Below are positions 52,641 through 63,913 of a stretch of 64,000 nt of DNA, piece after piece. The notes under the pieces are model-generated. The model did not search any database and was not told where the DNA came from. It worked only from the letters and a program-made list of their open reading frames with translations. Each line of letters begins with the position of its first letter. The first letter of the stretch is position 1. Source of the DNA: Oikopleura dioica (Eukaryota; Animalia; Chordata); NCBI GenBank assembly GCA_907165135.1, contig OU015567.1, positions 1,922,001 to 1,986,000 of the forward strand, written 5' to 3'. The translations under genes and the position numbers were made by a program.

Positions 52641-55600
52641 AAAAGCGCCAGTTCCTTTTTATCGGTTTTGAATTTCAGCCTTTTTCGCAAAAAATACAGC
52701 ATAACTTCATGTTTATCTATAAATGATAAAAACCAAGTCCTGACGCCGTCGAAATAAGCGGTATTACGGAGCCCACAATATTGGCAGCTGCTTCGGCCAC
52801 CTCTTTTGAACGTGACGCTCCAGCATCAGCGGCACTTTGATTTTTAAATGTTGCGCCGACGGACATGCTCTGAAATTACTGTTGATTCTTTTGACACTTT
52901 CCAAATAGCACGTCAAAACTCTAAAGTCGAAATTATACCTTTGAAGAGCGCGCACGTTTAGATCTGCCATCAGATGATGATCCAAGCTCCGCCGAGGCTA
53001 GAATTTTGCAGGATATGAGCCCGTCGTCTTTGAATTTTTCGTAACAATTTTGGAGCATCACGAAATGGAGGGATCAAAAAACGGCTAAGAAAACAAAAGA
53101 TAAGGAGCAAAATACGCTATATTATATTATATTATATTATATTATATTATATTATATTATATTATATTATATTATATTATATTATATTATATTATATTAT
53201 ATTATATTATATTATATTATATTATATTATATTATATTATATTATATTATATTATATTATATTATATTATATTTAAAATATTTGTGATTTGATCCCATTT
53301 TCTTCACCAGTTCTAGCAAGAGTTTCATCCGTATCCACGACAAATTTCATTTTCGTCTGTTTTTCGAGTTTCTCAGTTCAATCTTTCGCACGTTTTTGTT
53401 TTCAACTTCAACCCATATTTACGACTTGTTCAAGTACCAGGCGTGGTGAACCTCTGTGGTCAGAGCTTGTTTGGAGAAACCCTTCCCTGAGCATAAGTGC
53501 GCTTTTCGGAATAAGAAGCTGTCAGCGATTTGCCGAAATCCTAACATTCTGGTTCTCACGTTGTTTTAGCTTGATTTTAAATGGATAAATAAGGGTATCA
53601 CTACGGTAATTTTTGAAGAAAATTTAATGTGAAAAAAAAGGGACTTCCTTCCGGGAAATTCTTCCGCCTTTCGTTTTTGAACCAGGCCTGCGAGGATTGG
53701 CTATAACACTCATCATCAATCATGTTTATGAACAAATCATTGCCCTGGCAAGTTTGATTGCACGGGCAAACGCTGATGTACGGCCGCTCGTTCACATCGG
53801 TCAAATCTGCAAGGAGAGCAACTTCGTATTTCGTGAAGCCTTTTACATCTCGGATTATTTGTGGGTCGGTTCTGGCTAAATCGTCGGAGCTGAAAACTTC
53901 CAAGCAGAGTGATTTCACTGTTCGATCGAAGAGTTCTTTTATAGAAAAACTCAAGAGGATATGTTTGAATAGCACGACCCCCTCTCTTACGTGGAACTGG
54001 GTCTCTAAAGCCTCAAATTTTATCTCCCTCGGTATCCTTAACCTATCGCTTCTGTAAATATATCCTGGCCTAAATTTGACGACTCCAAAGTCGCAAATGT
54101 CAACCGTTGCTTCTTCGCTGTCATCTGCGAGCTCGACGTCGTAAGGGTCGTCGTCAGAGACGCACTTGAATCCATCACCGATCAAATTCGATGGACAGGC
54201 GCAAGTGAACGAGCCCACCGTATTGGAGCAATTTCCACGGGGAGAGCAGTCGTGACTCGCAGTTGCGCACTCGTCTACGTCCACACAGTCGTAGGAATCA
54301 TCATCGTTGAAGAAGCCTTCATTACATTCGCAGTCAAACGATCCCAGCTGATTTAGGCACATTCCATTTAGACACGTTACCAGACCAGTTGAGCATTCAT
54401 CAATGTCCTGGCAGATGGGATTTTCTGAAATGGAGCTCTCTTAGATTTTTTTCTTCGCTAGGCTTTTTATGATTACACTATCTTTATGAGCGCAGTGAGT
54501 CGTTCGATAATTGTGGTCAGAAATCAAGTAGTACTTTAGCGAAGCTTTTCTAACTAAAAATGATAACGAGTGATAAAAAGTAGAATTTTCGAGCGTCTTT
54601 TTGAGAGCTCTTCCCTTTTGAATTTTCAAATCCTTCGTCACAAATGCACTCAAATCCGCCAAGAGTGTTCTCACAAGTTCCAAACTCGCCACATCTACCG
54701 GTATCTTCCTCCGCGCATTCGTCCACATCTTCGCAAAGAGAGCTCGTCATGTTCATCTGAAAGCCATCGATGCAAGAACAATCGTATGAGCCATCGTTGT
54801 TGTGACAAATTGAAAAGGGGCCACAAAACGTGGTGGTATTGAGGGAGCACTCATCAATATCTATGCAAATGAACTGATCGGTGGGATTATGGAAAGGGGA
54901 TTTTTCATAGCCAACGGAACAGGAGCAAGTGTAGGAGCCGACTGTATTTGTGCATTTCTTTTTCGAGATACGATTAATAAAATTGATGATTGGCCAAAAG
55001 TCACCAAATGTCTCCAAATGTCGCAAAATGTCGGAAAATGTCGAAATTTAAACATCGTGTCAAAGTTTCAAAACATGTTGTTATCAAAAAATTTTATCAC
55101 TATCTTAACTTAAATTTAAATCTATCGCGATATGGACTTTTTAACCAAGACCGAAATCTAGAAGATGTAATCAGGAAATTCGGAAATTCTCTTTTGTATC
55201 TGCATTCCTGGTTGGCACCGCAAGCCTGTTGCCCGGTTTCGTGCTGATCGCATTCGTCCACATCCGCGCACGTGGTGCCAAGATCGTTCTCTGATCGCGG
55301 CGGTTGAAATGAACATAAGTCAAGCTAGCTCTTACAGGAGGTTATGACCAATCTAATTGCCACCTCGTGACATCATCGAACATTTTTATTGCAAAGGCGA
55401 GAACGAGTTAACGGATCATTTAACATCAATTTAGAAAATAAGTATTTTTAAACCGAGCTCAAACTAACAGTATTAAAAATTTCACGCGAAAAAATGAACG
55501 GTCCTTATTTCTAGCTGTTCTCTCAAGAAAACTTGCTATATAAGGGTGAGATCCTTAAATTGAAGTGGTAGTTCTACGAATAAGTATCCATGCCCCAATT

Positions 55601-58600
55601 TAGAGTTGGAAAAGTAATCCGCTTATAAAAAAATTCCTGTGCGAGAAATTTCGGCAAAAACAATGATCAAAACTCTCCACTGCTCATTAATATTCAAGAC
55701 ACCCTTGAGCAAACGGGTCTACCCCAACCGCCCCATTTCCTGAATCAGCTGACCACATGAACCCTTGAGCACAAGAGCACTCAAATGAGCCATCTAAGTT
55801 TGAACACACTGTATTTGGAGTGTGACAGACATCTGTCATCGCGCACTCGTCGATGTCTATACATTTATTAGGCGGAAATTCTAGCGCCGAGTTTTCGGAA
55901 TCCAAATTGTCTTCGTATCCTGGAAGGCAGGGGCAAGAATAGAACCCAAAAGAATTGACGCATTTTGTTTTGACGGGACATTTTTTTTCCATTTCGCACT
56001 CTGAAATGATTCTAAAGGCCAATAATAGAAGAAATCTCTCACCATTGATATCAGCGCATTTTCCAGTACTCTCCCCTTCGGAAGATATTTCAAAACCATG
56101 TTTGCATATACACTCGTATGATCCCGCCAAATTCTGGCAAATTTGCGTGACCTCATCACATCGATTCTCGCCATTTGTGCATTCATTTATATCCTCGCAT
56201 ATTTTTGGTTCCCCAGGAGCAGAGGTCGACTCGTACCCAGAATTGCAGTGGCAGGCAAAATAAAGGGTTCGACAAGGTTTTTTTTTGTATAAAATGAACG
56301 GTTCCATTTTGTTGAAAAAATTGCCGAACCCGGAATCAAAGGAGCCAATGCTGTTTGTGCATTTTTGGTGCTCGCCGCAGGTGTTCTCTTCCAAACACTC
56401 GTCACTATCTTCACAGACGTTGCCCCCGATCTCAGCCAGTTTGTAACCTAAACACGCCGCCAAATAAACACTCCATCAACGAGCAGCCAGCGAGCAAGCG
56501 AGGTGATAAATAGCATTCATTTGTTGATAATTCAGTTACGTTACAAATAAATTCCGACAAAGTGAATTTTCAAATAATCATTATAAAATTATCAAGGTGA
56601 CATCAAAATTATTGCTTATTATCAACAACTGAACGAAAAAAAACAGAAAGTCTAAGTGGTTCGCAAGGAAAGAGCTCTTGAGCAACTTTACCTGGAAAGC
56701 AGGAGCAAGAAAAGCCAATAACTTCGTCGTTACAAACTTGGTCGCAATTATGGGTCTTTTGAACGCACTCATTAATTGGCTTCTTTTCGCATTTTCCACC
56801 TTCTTCTTTCATGAAATAGCCGCCGCGACATGCGCATTCATAGCTGCCGACTGTATTTGTACATCTCGCATTTTCATCACAAGGGTATTCCTCTCCCTGG
56901 CACTCGTTGATATCCTCACAGAAGCCATCCCTCTCTTCAAATCCTTCGAAGCATTCGCAGTGAGCGGAACCAATAGTGTTAACGCAAAAAGAATTGCTTG
57001 GACAAAGATGGGTCGAGGCGCATTCGTCGATATCTTCACACTGATCGTTTTTCAGAAAATAACCAGGTTTGCATTGACACTCGAAACTACCAACAGTATT
57101 GACGCAGGCTGAATTTTCGAGAATGCCGTCGCAGTAATCTTCGTCTCCAGATCTGAGGGCGCATTCGTCCATGTCATCGCAGACATCCCCGTCGCCGAGG
57201 AAACCTGGATTACACTGACAATTGAAGCTGTTTTTCGTATCTTTTGGGTAAAAAAGTCATCAAATTATCAAAAAACGGCCTTACCTATGCAATTAGCATT
57301 TTCGTCACAAGTATGCGTCCCCAAAAGACATTCATTGACAGCGCTGCTCTTGCAATTTCCATCCTTCAGCACAAACCCTGAAAAATCACTCGTTCTTATA
57401 AAAACAGGGGCAATTCTGCAAATCCATGACATTTTTCTACTCTTTCATCCTCTTTTCTTATTTTCTCTTTTTCAAAAGAAAAAAAGGGCGAGAATCGAGG
57501 TCTGCTCCAGAAGATACTTAGAAACCACTAAGTGGTTTTGTTTTGAGGTCCACAACAATCTATCAATTTTTAAGCCGGGCTGAGAAATGAAAGTGAAAGG
57601 CCATAATGAAAATAATTATTTTATGCGTTTCTTTTTTAATATACCCTGCTTAATCGAAGCAGTATTTTTAGATAAATCATTCTCAATAAGGATCTGATCG
57701 TGGACTCCTAAAATTACCTTCTAAGCATGAGCAAGAAAAACTTCCAGGAGAATTTTCGCAGATTGAATTTTCCCCACAAGCTTCTTCATTCTCCTCGCAC
57801 TCATCGATATCATAGCAAGGGGCATTTCGAGAACTTTGTTCATATCCTTCGTTGCACTCACAGAAGAAACTTCCTGATCAAAAATTTAATAATGAATGAA
57901 AACAGCGATTTTAAAATCGAAACACGAAAATCGACAATTCAAATAAAAAAGGCACCTTCAGTATTTGTACATTGCTGCTGACAAATACTGCTATTCATTT
58001 TGCACTCGTCAATGTCCTCACATCGCTTCCAATCAGAATTATACACAAATCCTTCGCTGCAGCCATTTATCTTCAAAATCCCTTTTAAAAACTCAACGAT
58101 AAAAATACTCCTCCGAGTATTTCGGCCATACTGGGACGCATATGTAGGAACCTTCGGAGTTCTGGCAAGACTCGCTTTTCAAATCGCAGTCGTGCATTCC
58201 GAATAAGCATTCGTTGATATCAATACACATAAGTTCGCGAGAGGAAGGGTCTGGGCTGAAACCATATTCGCATTCGCAGGTGGAGCCTTGGCAATAACTA
58301 TTTGCGGGACAGATTTTTGTACAGCGCGGGATTAGTCTTCCTTGATATCAAAAAGGTAGTAGAGGGTTATCGGAAAACAGTAGTTCTTCGAGCGGTCCCT
58401 TTTCCTCGACCCTGCCCAAAATTTTTCGTGATATCATTCCTGCTAAGAAAAGAGCTCCTCGTCGGATTCGTCTCAAAATCTTCCGTTTGGCAAATAAATC
58501 CAAAATATCTATTCTCTCTCTGATTGATAAACGACGAATCAAAGCAGTTTCTATAACGAAATTTGTCCGTTACTTCTCCATCCTTTCTTTTCTTCGTCTC

Positions 58601-58975
58601 AAGAATCGGGCAGAATTCACCTTTTGTTTGTCCTTCAAAAGACTCGATCCAGAACCAAGTGTTTTTGAGGCAAGGTTCGGAGGCGATTTTTCGAACGATG
58701 GGAGAGAGGATATTTCCTTGAGTGGAAATCAGGTGACCACCGGAAGAGTGGCATCGATCTGCTGCTTGAAACCATGAAAAACCGTGGGATCCAGAACTTG
58801 ATTAGGTTTTCAGAATGAAAGAGCTTCGAAAAATGAGCCGAAAATGAAAATTTCATTGTAAACCTCGACTGTGAACGTAGATGCCTCCGGTAACGTCGTA
58901 ACTTTCTTGACAACTTGTCTCTTTGAATTTCTCTGATGCTAAAAGTGGGATAAATAAAAAGAATATTCTTTTCAT
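52641..58975 (-). CDS. Large secreted/membrane protein: signal peptide + C-type lectin + about 18 (mostly Ca-binding) EGF modules + about 250-aa unknown domain; carries lesions (possible pseudogene or assembly errors)
   Basis: MKRIFFLFIPLLA signal. CTL SWFQAADRCHSSGGHL..FWI..FGFICQ. Repeated D(I/V)(D/N)EC...C.NT.GS(F/Y).C.C..G(F/Y) modules from 58300 to 54170. Lesions: a 1-nt frameshift at the A5 run 58777-58781, TAA TGA at 55684-55689, an 81-nt in-frame insertion at 56256-56340, and an unresolved exon near 53060. Confidence 0.8.
53118..53273. repeat. Perfect (ATTAT)n microsatellite, about 31 units, intronic
   Basis: Uninterrupted ATTAT units across 53121-53270. Confidence 0.98.
56260..56336. 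mobile_element. 77-nt mini-element with 11-bp TIRs and a 4-bp direct repeat, inserted in an EGF exon
   Basis: CAAA (56256-59) + ATAAA GGGTTCGACAA ... TTGCCGAACCC GGAAT + CAAA (56337-40). Removing 81 nt restores GSF-ACHC of a cbEGF. Confidence 0.75.
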
Positions 58976-59320
58976 GTCGGGAGGAAGAAACAGAATAAGA
59001 AATCGAGGACTAGTGATTTTTGGATTAGAAAAGAACTCATTTGATATTGAGCAGGATTACCAATTCATGAATCCATTGGAATAATACTTCTGCTTTCGAC
59101 CCTTCCGGATCGCGCAAAACACTCGGCAACGACTCAAAATTTCATGGAAGATATGGATTTTGATACTTTATTGGCAAGTTTAAGGGTGTCAACATCGATT
59201 TTGGCTTTATTTACTAGGCAAGCTTAGTTACTTTTCGTCATTTTATTCCGGCATTTTAATTTTTCTGAATATAATTTACTCGTTAACAGCCATAAAATTC
59301 TTAGTTTGAAATAAAATGTT

Positions 59321-60172
59321 TTATTTTTGATCATATTGAAACTGATTATAAGCAGGTCTAGTCGTGTCCGGAGCAAGCATTATTCGCTGGTTTCGAAGCC
59401 TCATGTTCGACAACGAATTGTTGAGATCATAAGTCACAGCTGAGGGAATGTCTGGGTGGCGGCGATTCGGAGCTGTTTGGCGAGGAAGCTTCCAATCTTC
59501 AAGAAAAAAACTTGGTTTTGAATTTAAATTTTGACGACTACCTTTGAAATGGCTCTGGTAATCTGATTTGCGAACATCTTCCTCAGCAGTCATCCTAGCC
59601 TTCTTTCGCTCCCAAAGTCCCCAGTTCAGGTGCCCCTTCGTTTCGCGCATGTCAGTCATTGCTGGTTCCGGGCCCCATTCGTTGTGGATGATTCGCCAAT
59701 TTCGCTCATCCCGAGACTTGAAAAGTAAGTTTTGAAATCAACAAAGACTCCTTCTACTTGTACCTTTCGCGGGCTGAAATCATAAGCATACGAAGTCGTC
59801 AAATCACAAGCGGGAGTCTTTGATCGAGTTTGACCTCGAGATCTTTCCATCAGAATTGCTTTCGTTTCATTATCGACCTGAAAAAGTGTCAGAAATAGAA
59901 AAGGGGATGAGGAGATACCGGAGCGATTTTTGGAAGAAAATCTCCCCCATAAATTGTTCGCGCGGACTTGTATGATCGAGTCGAAGGTCGGTAGTTGTGA
60001 CGATTTCGGTTTTCAACCCTGAAAATTTTTGACTTGAAAAATGCTTTTTGCATAATTCTTGAAGTCAAAAATCAAGATTTACTCGAATTAATTTTATATA
60101 TTTTTTGTCTTACCAATTTCCTACAAGCGTTTTGTCCCCATAAGTCCTCACTCCAGACTGACTAGCCAACAT
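59321..60172 (-). CDS. Ciliary microtubule inner protein with an NWE motif (CFAP107/CFAP95/CFAP68-like)
   Basis: Spliced MLASQSGVRTYGDKTLVGNW|VENR (Y...L.GNW.E.R seam-binding NWE motif), followed by Mn-like motifs TIYGGDF, TSYAYDF and SDYQSHF. Three GT-AG introns. Confidence 0.75.
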
Positions 60173-60510
60173 ATTCCCTGGTCAATCGCTGCCCACTGCT
60201 CTTATCTGGCTTATCTCTGGCTTATTGTCAGAAGTTGATCTCCAAAATAATTTCTAGCAGTGGCTTTTTTTCTTTGTGGAACAATGGATTGATGTTGACA
60301 CGCTGAACGAATCGACAAGCAACTCGTTGCCTTGGAGACATCAAGGACTCATTATTTGAGGTTTTTCAAATCAGAAGGACTTTCTCAATATTTGAAAAGG
60401 GAAGTTTTATGATTTCAATTTTGAAAGAAAAACTTGTTCTTGAGTCGGATCAATATTTTTTCAAATCTATTTTTATTGACATTTTTGTTTATTAACATTT
60501 TGAGATGGTT

Positions 60511-60693
60511 TCAACAAATCATTGCATTAGAAATTCCAAGTTTCTTGTCTAATTTTCTGCAACCGAAAGCAAGACCACAGCAGAATAAGATCATCGCGAT
60601 GAAGATGCAGAACATGATGATTCCTCCTTTGATATCTTGTTTTTTCTGATCACTCATGCCTTCTGTTGTCGTTGCTAGCAATATTTTTATCAT
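60511..60693 (-). CDS. Small single-TM protein (about 60 aa)
   Basis: ATG directly after a TTTTCTCAATACCAG acceptor. TM GGIIMFCIFIAMILFCCGLAFGC followed by basic RKLDKK. Confidence 0.5.
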   Translation of the reverse strand: MIKILLATTTEGMSDQKKQDIKGGIIMFCIFIAMILFCCGLAFGCRKLDKKLGISNAMIC

Positions 60694-60801
60694 CTGGTAT
60701 TGAGAAAAAAATTACTTTTCTTGTACGTCTCCGTTGTTGTTTTCACTGTCTTTGAAAAAAATTTTCAATGAAATATTCAAAAGAAAAAAAGATGAAAATT
60801 A

Positions 60802-61621
60802 TTATGAGAATCTTTCCGTTATCTCCAGTGAGCCTCTTTTACAAGTGCCCTCTTCCGCCCCAAAATCGAATCTGCATAAAAACGTATGGGGTTTATCACA
60901 AGCCGCAGATAGCCATTTTCCTCCGTCATGGCCATATCTGTGTGGGGGATGCAAGAACCATATGATTAATAAATGTAGTAAACTCCTTTTTCGCAAGCCC
61001 GATTGCTTGATTGGATAACAGCGCATTGATCTCCACTGCTAGTTCTGACGAAATCTTCGTACTTTTCTTTTTCATTTGTCACCGTTCTCCAAGTTGTCGA
61101 TGAGCTGGATTCTTTTCTGTATCCAATCCATTCATCGACCGGTTGATTATCAGCTGCCTGAGGAATTACGAAGATAATTGGCCATTAATTCTCCTCTCCT
61201 TACCTCTCTGTACATATCTTCTTCCCCTTGACTAGAAAAAAATGGAAGATTTCCTCCGGCTCTTTCGCACATTGCCTGCAAAGGGTTCTATTTCGTCAAA
61301 AATTCATCAAGAATATAATTAAGAATCCTGATCCTGGGCATCATAAAAACTTAGTTTTCCATCAGAAATTCTCCCAAATTCAACACATTTTAACTCCTCG
61401 GCCCCAAATAACTCATTAAAGATCTTTCCATAAATAATCTCTCTATTGAAAGCAACGATGACAAAAAACGCGATGACGATGAAAATGTTGATGAGAATCC
61501 AGCATCTCTCTGATGGATCTCGACACTTGTCCGAGCATTTATATTTCGAGCAAGACGTAAATGACGAGGAATAACAAGAGTTACACTTTTTGAAATAGTA
61601 ACTGCACAAATAACCACTCAT
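60802..61621 (-). CDS. Type II membrane C-type-lectin-domain protein with a Cys-rich cytoplasmic N-terminus
   Basis: TM WILINIFIVIAFFVIVAF. CTL LSFYDAQ|AMCERAGGNL...E|AADNQPVDEWIGYRK...DQCAVIQSSNR|YGHDGGKWLSAACDKPHTFLC. The introns are GA-AG (61276-61333), GT-AG and GG-AG (60938-60999). Confidence 0.85.
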
Positions 61622-61793
61622 TTTAAAATCGAGTTGTCACTTGAGAGAGCCAGTTTTCTTCTTTTCTATTTCAGCCTCGACATTTTGAATAATCTTTTTT
61701 ACGAGCGTAAAGTCAGTATACGTACCGTACGTATACGCTCTGAAGAATTCGACAAATCTAAGAATTGATATCTTCAATCGGGCTCGTAATTGT

Positions 61794-62625
61794 CAATTTA
61801 ATTGGCTTATAAGATGAAAACTTGGCCGATTTTTCTAGCTTAGTTTAGGGGTTATATGACACAGTTTTGGAAAGCCCAGAAGCTGAGCTTTCATTTGGGC
61901 ACCATATCAAGGGGTCTGGTTTATGCCCGCAAGGCAATTCATGAGACCGGAAGTTCCGAAATCGGCACTAGATCTCTTCAATCGAATTTTTTAGTACCGG
62001 TAGTCACTCGAAATGGCTTCAGAGTAAGCGCGTTAGAAAGCCCAGTGTCTGAGCTTTCCAAAACGCTAATAAAATCTAGCTGCCCTGCTACCTAGTGGCC
62101 GCTAGGGATGCTAGAAACTCAAATTTGGCACCGTAAATGGGATTTCTTGCACTAGAACTTGCTCATTTGGTCGAAATTAAAGGCTTAAATTTGTTAATAA
62201 AGACGTAAACATCTTAGAAATGATGTTTAACGGTGACAAAACCAACCGGTCGAGACCAGGATTATGCAGTTTTCTTCCTAGAAATCCTTAAAATTCACTA
62301 TTCTAGCGCCCCTAGCGGCCACTAGATAGCAGGGCAGCTAGATTTTATTAGCGTTTTGGAAAGCTCAGACACTGGGCTTTCTAACGCGCTTACTCTGAAG
62401 CCATTTCGAGTGACTACCGGTACTAAAAAATTCGATTGAAGAGATCTAGTGCCGATTTCGGAACTTCCGGTCTCATGAATTGCCTTGCGGGCATAAACCA
62501 GACCCCTTGATATGGTGCCCAAATGAAAGCTCAGCTTCTGAGCTTTCCAAAACTGTGTCATATAACCCCTAAACTTACTTATAAAGATGGGCCGAATTTT
62601 CATCTAATAAGCCAATTACTAATTG
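61794..62625. mobile_element. Foldback-type element with about 320-bp inverted arms
   Basis: 61842-62107 is a near-perfect reverse complement of 62310-62575, which is why the track shows the same MTQFWKAQK... ORF on both strands. More diverged similarity extends to about 61794/62625. The spacer is about 180 bp. Confidence 0.9.
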
Positions 62626-62702
62626 ATGTCAATCATTATTAAGTTAGTCTTCCTTGTTAATATCGATAAGGAGAGGATGTGTGAATCTGAGTCATTTGCG
62701 AG

Positions 62703-63379
62703 ATGACCCCTTTAGGAGAGACAGTACTTTTGCTCGTGGACAACAGTTGTTCTGGCCCCCCGACGATCAATTACTACTTGAAATGCCTTCATCAGAAAAA
62801 TGATCGGCTTGAAATTATGTTTGTCATTCCGCATGAAAATTGCTCAGGTAAACGTCAATCCCGACAAGAATAAGAAGGTTCAGAATATAAATCTCTTTTT
62901 GAAAAAGAAGAAAACGAGGAGCTTTTTCGAAAGAATGGGCAACAGCGAAATCGATGAAAAAGTATCTGATGAAGATGATGGAATGCGAAACCGTCGCATG
63001 GGAATTTATTCCTATCATAAGTTATGATTCATAACTCCTAAATCAAGTCCCGTCTCAGAGACAATTCTCGATCACGCGAAAAAGATCAACGCAAAGATTA
63101 TCATTTCTTCAACGAAATCGTCTGGCCAAGTCTTCGGGTCTTCCGAAAATCGATACGAAGTAGGATCGGGCTCGAGAAGGCTTTTTTTTTGAGAAAATTG
63201 ATAGCGTTGTTGAGCTAGAAAAAGGAGGAACATCGAATGATTTGTTGAGAAATAACACTACAGGAATACCAGTCGTCATTGTCCCGATGAAAGGAAGATT
63301 CTACGATGAACTTTTTCGGAATAATCGCACCATTGATTATAGGAAAGGATCAAAGCTTACCGTTGTTGATGTCAATTGA
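62703..63379 (+). CDS. Universal stress protein (UspA-like) domain protein
   Basis: MTPLGETVLLLVDNS..INYYLKCLHQKNDRLEIMFVIP...PVSETILDHAKKINAKIIISSTKSSG...GGTSNDLLRNNTTGIPVVIVP fits the USP beta1/D, helix-a3/liv and GS..LL...PV.VV pattern. The model needs three introns, one of them a 47-nt GG-AG. Confidence 0.65.
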
Positions 63380-63494
63380 TCAATTCTTGAATTCCTCCGA
63401 AAGAAATTACACAGTTAAGACAAAGAAATGCAACTCTTACTGATATGATTGAACAAGCATTGATTACAATACAGTTTGGTATGCTTGACATCGT

Positions 63495-63566
63495 GGTCTT
63501 ATGGTGTAACGGTTAGCACTCTGGACTCTGAATCCAGCGATCCGAGTTCAAATCTCGGTAGGACCT
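63495..63566 (+). tRNA. trnQ-CTG: tRNA-Gln (CTG)
   Basis: GGTCTTATGGTGTAACGGTTAGCACTCTGGACT-CTG-AATCCAGCGATCCGAGTTCAAATCTCGGTAGGACCT. Canonical cloverleaf. Confidence 0.97.
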
Positions 63567-63831
63567 CTCTTTTTCGTTATCACTAAAGTCTTATCAGTGA
63601 TAAGTTATCACTAAAGTACATCCGCAAAAAAATGATTTTTGAGACACCTCTTCAACCATTTTGCTTCATTTTTAAATTAAAAGCAAAGAACAAATCTTAA
63701 TCGAGGAAGAAGTCATGACTGATCGATTTCACTGGGATACTTTTATCAGAAATATGCAGAGATAGCTAGGCTGTATTGACGCCCTGAATTTTAACATGTG
63801 GTCTGTATGTCGGCTGTAGACTTCCCGTCAA

Positions 63832-63913
63832 GACTGGATGGCCGAGCGGTCTAAGGCGTTGGATTAAGGCTCCAATCTCTTCGGGGGCGTGGGTTCGAAT
63901 CCCACTTCAGTCA
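63832..63913 (+). tRNA. trnL-AAG: tRNA-Leu (AAG)
   Basis: GACTGGATGGCCGAGCGGTCTAAGGCGTTGGATT-AAG-GCTCCAATCTCTTCGGGGGCGTGGGTTCGAATCCCACTTCAGTCA. Long variable arm, paired acceptor stem, TTTTT downstream. Confidence 0.97.

Noticed and set aside
54996-55050. About 11-bp tandem (AAATGTCGCAA-like) x4-5
   Set aside because: A short intronic minisatellite with no further structure, and not a CRISPR array.
58975-61621. Four consecutive minus-strand genes as a trans-spliced operon
   Set aside because: Gaps of about 110-350 bp are longer than typical Oikopleura operon spacers and the functions are unrelated. Cannot be supported without 5'-end data.
61856-62603. Identical 79/93-aa ORFs (MTQFWKAQK...) on opposite strands
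   Set aside because: A by-product of the foldback arms. No domain features.
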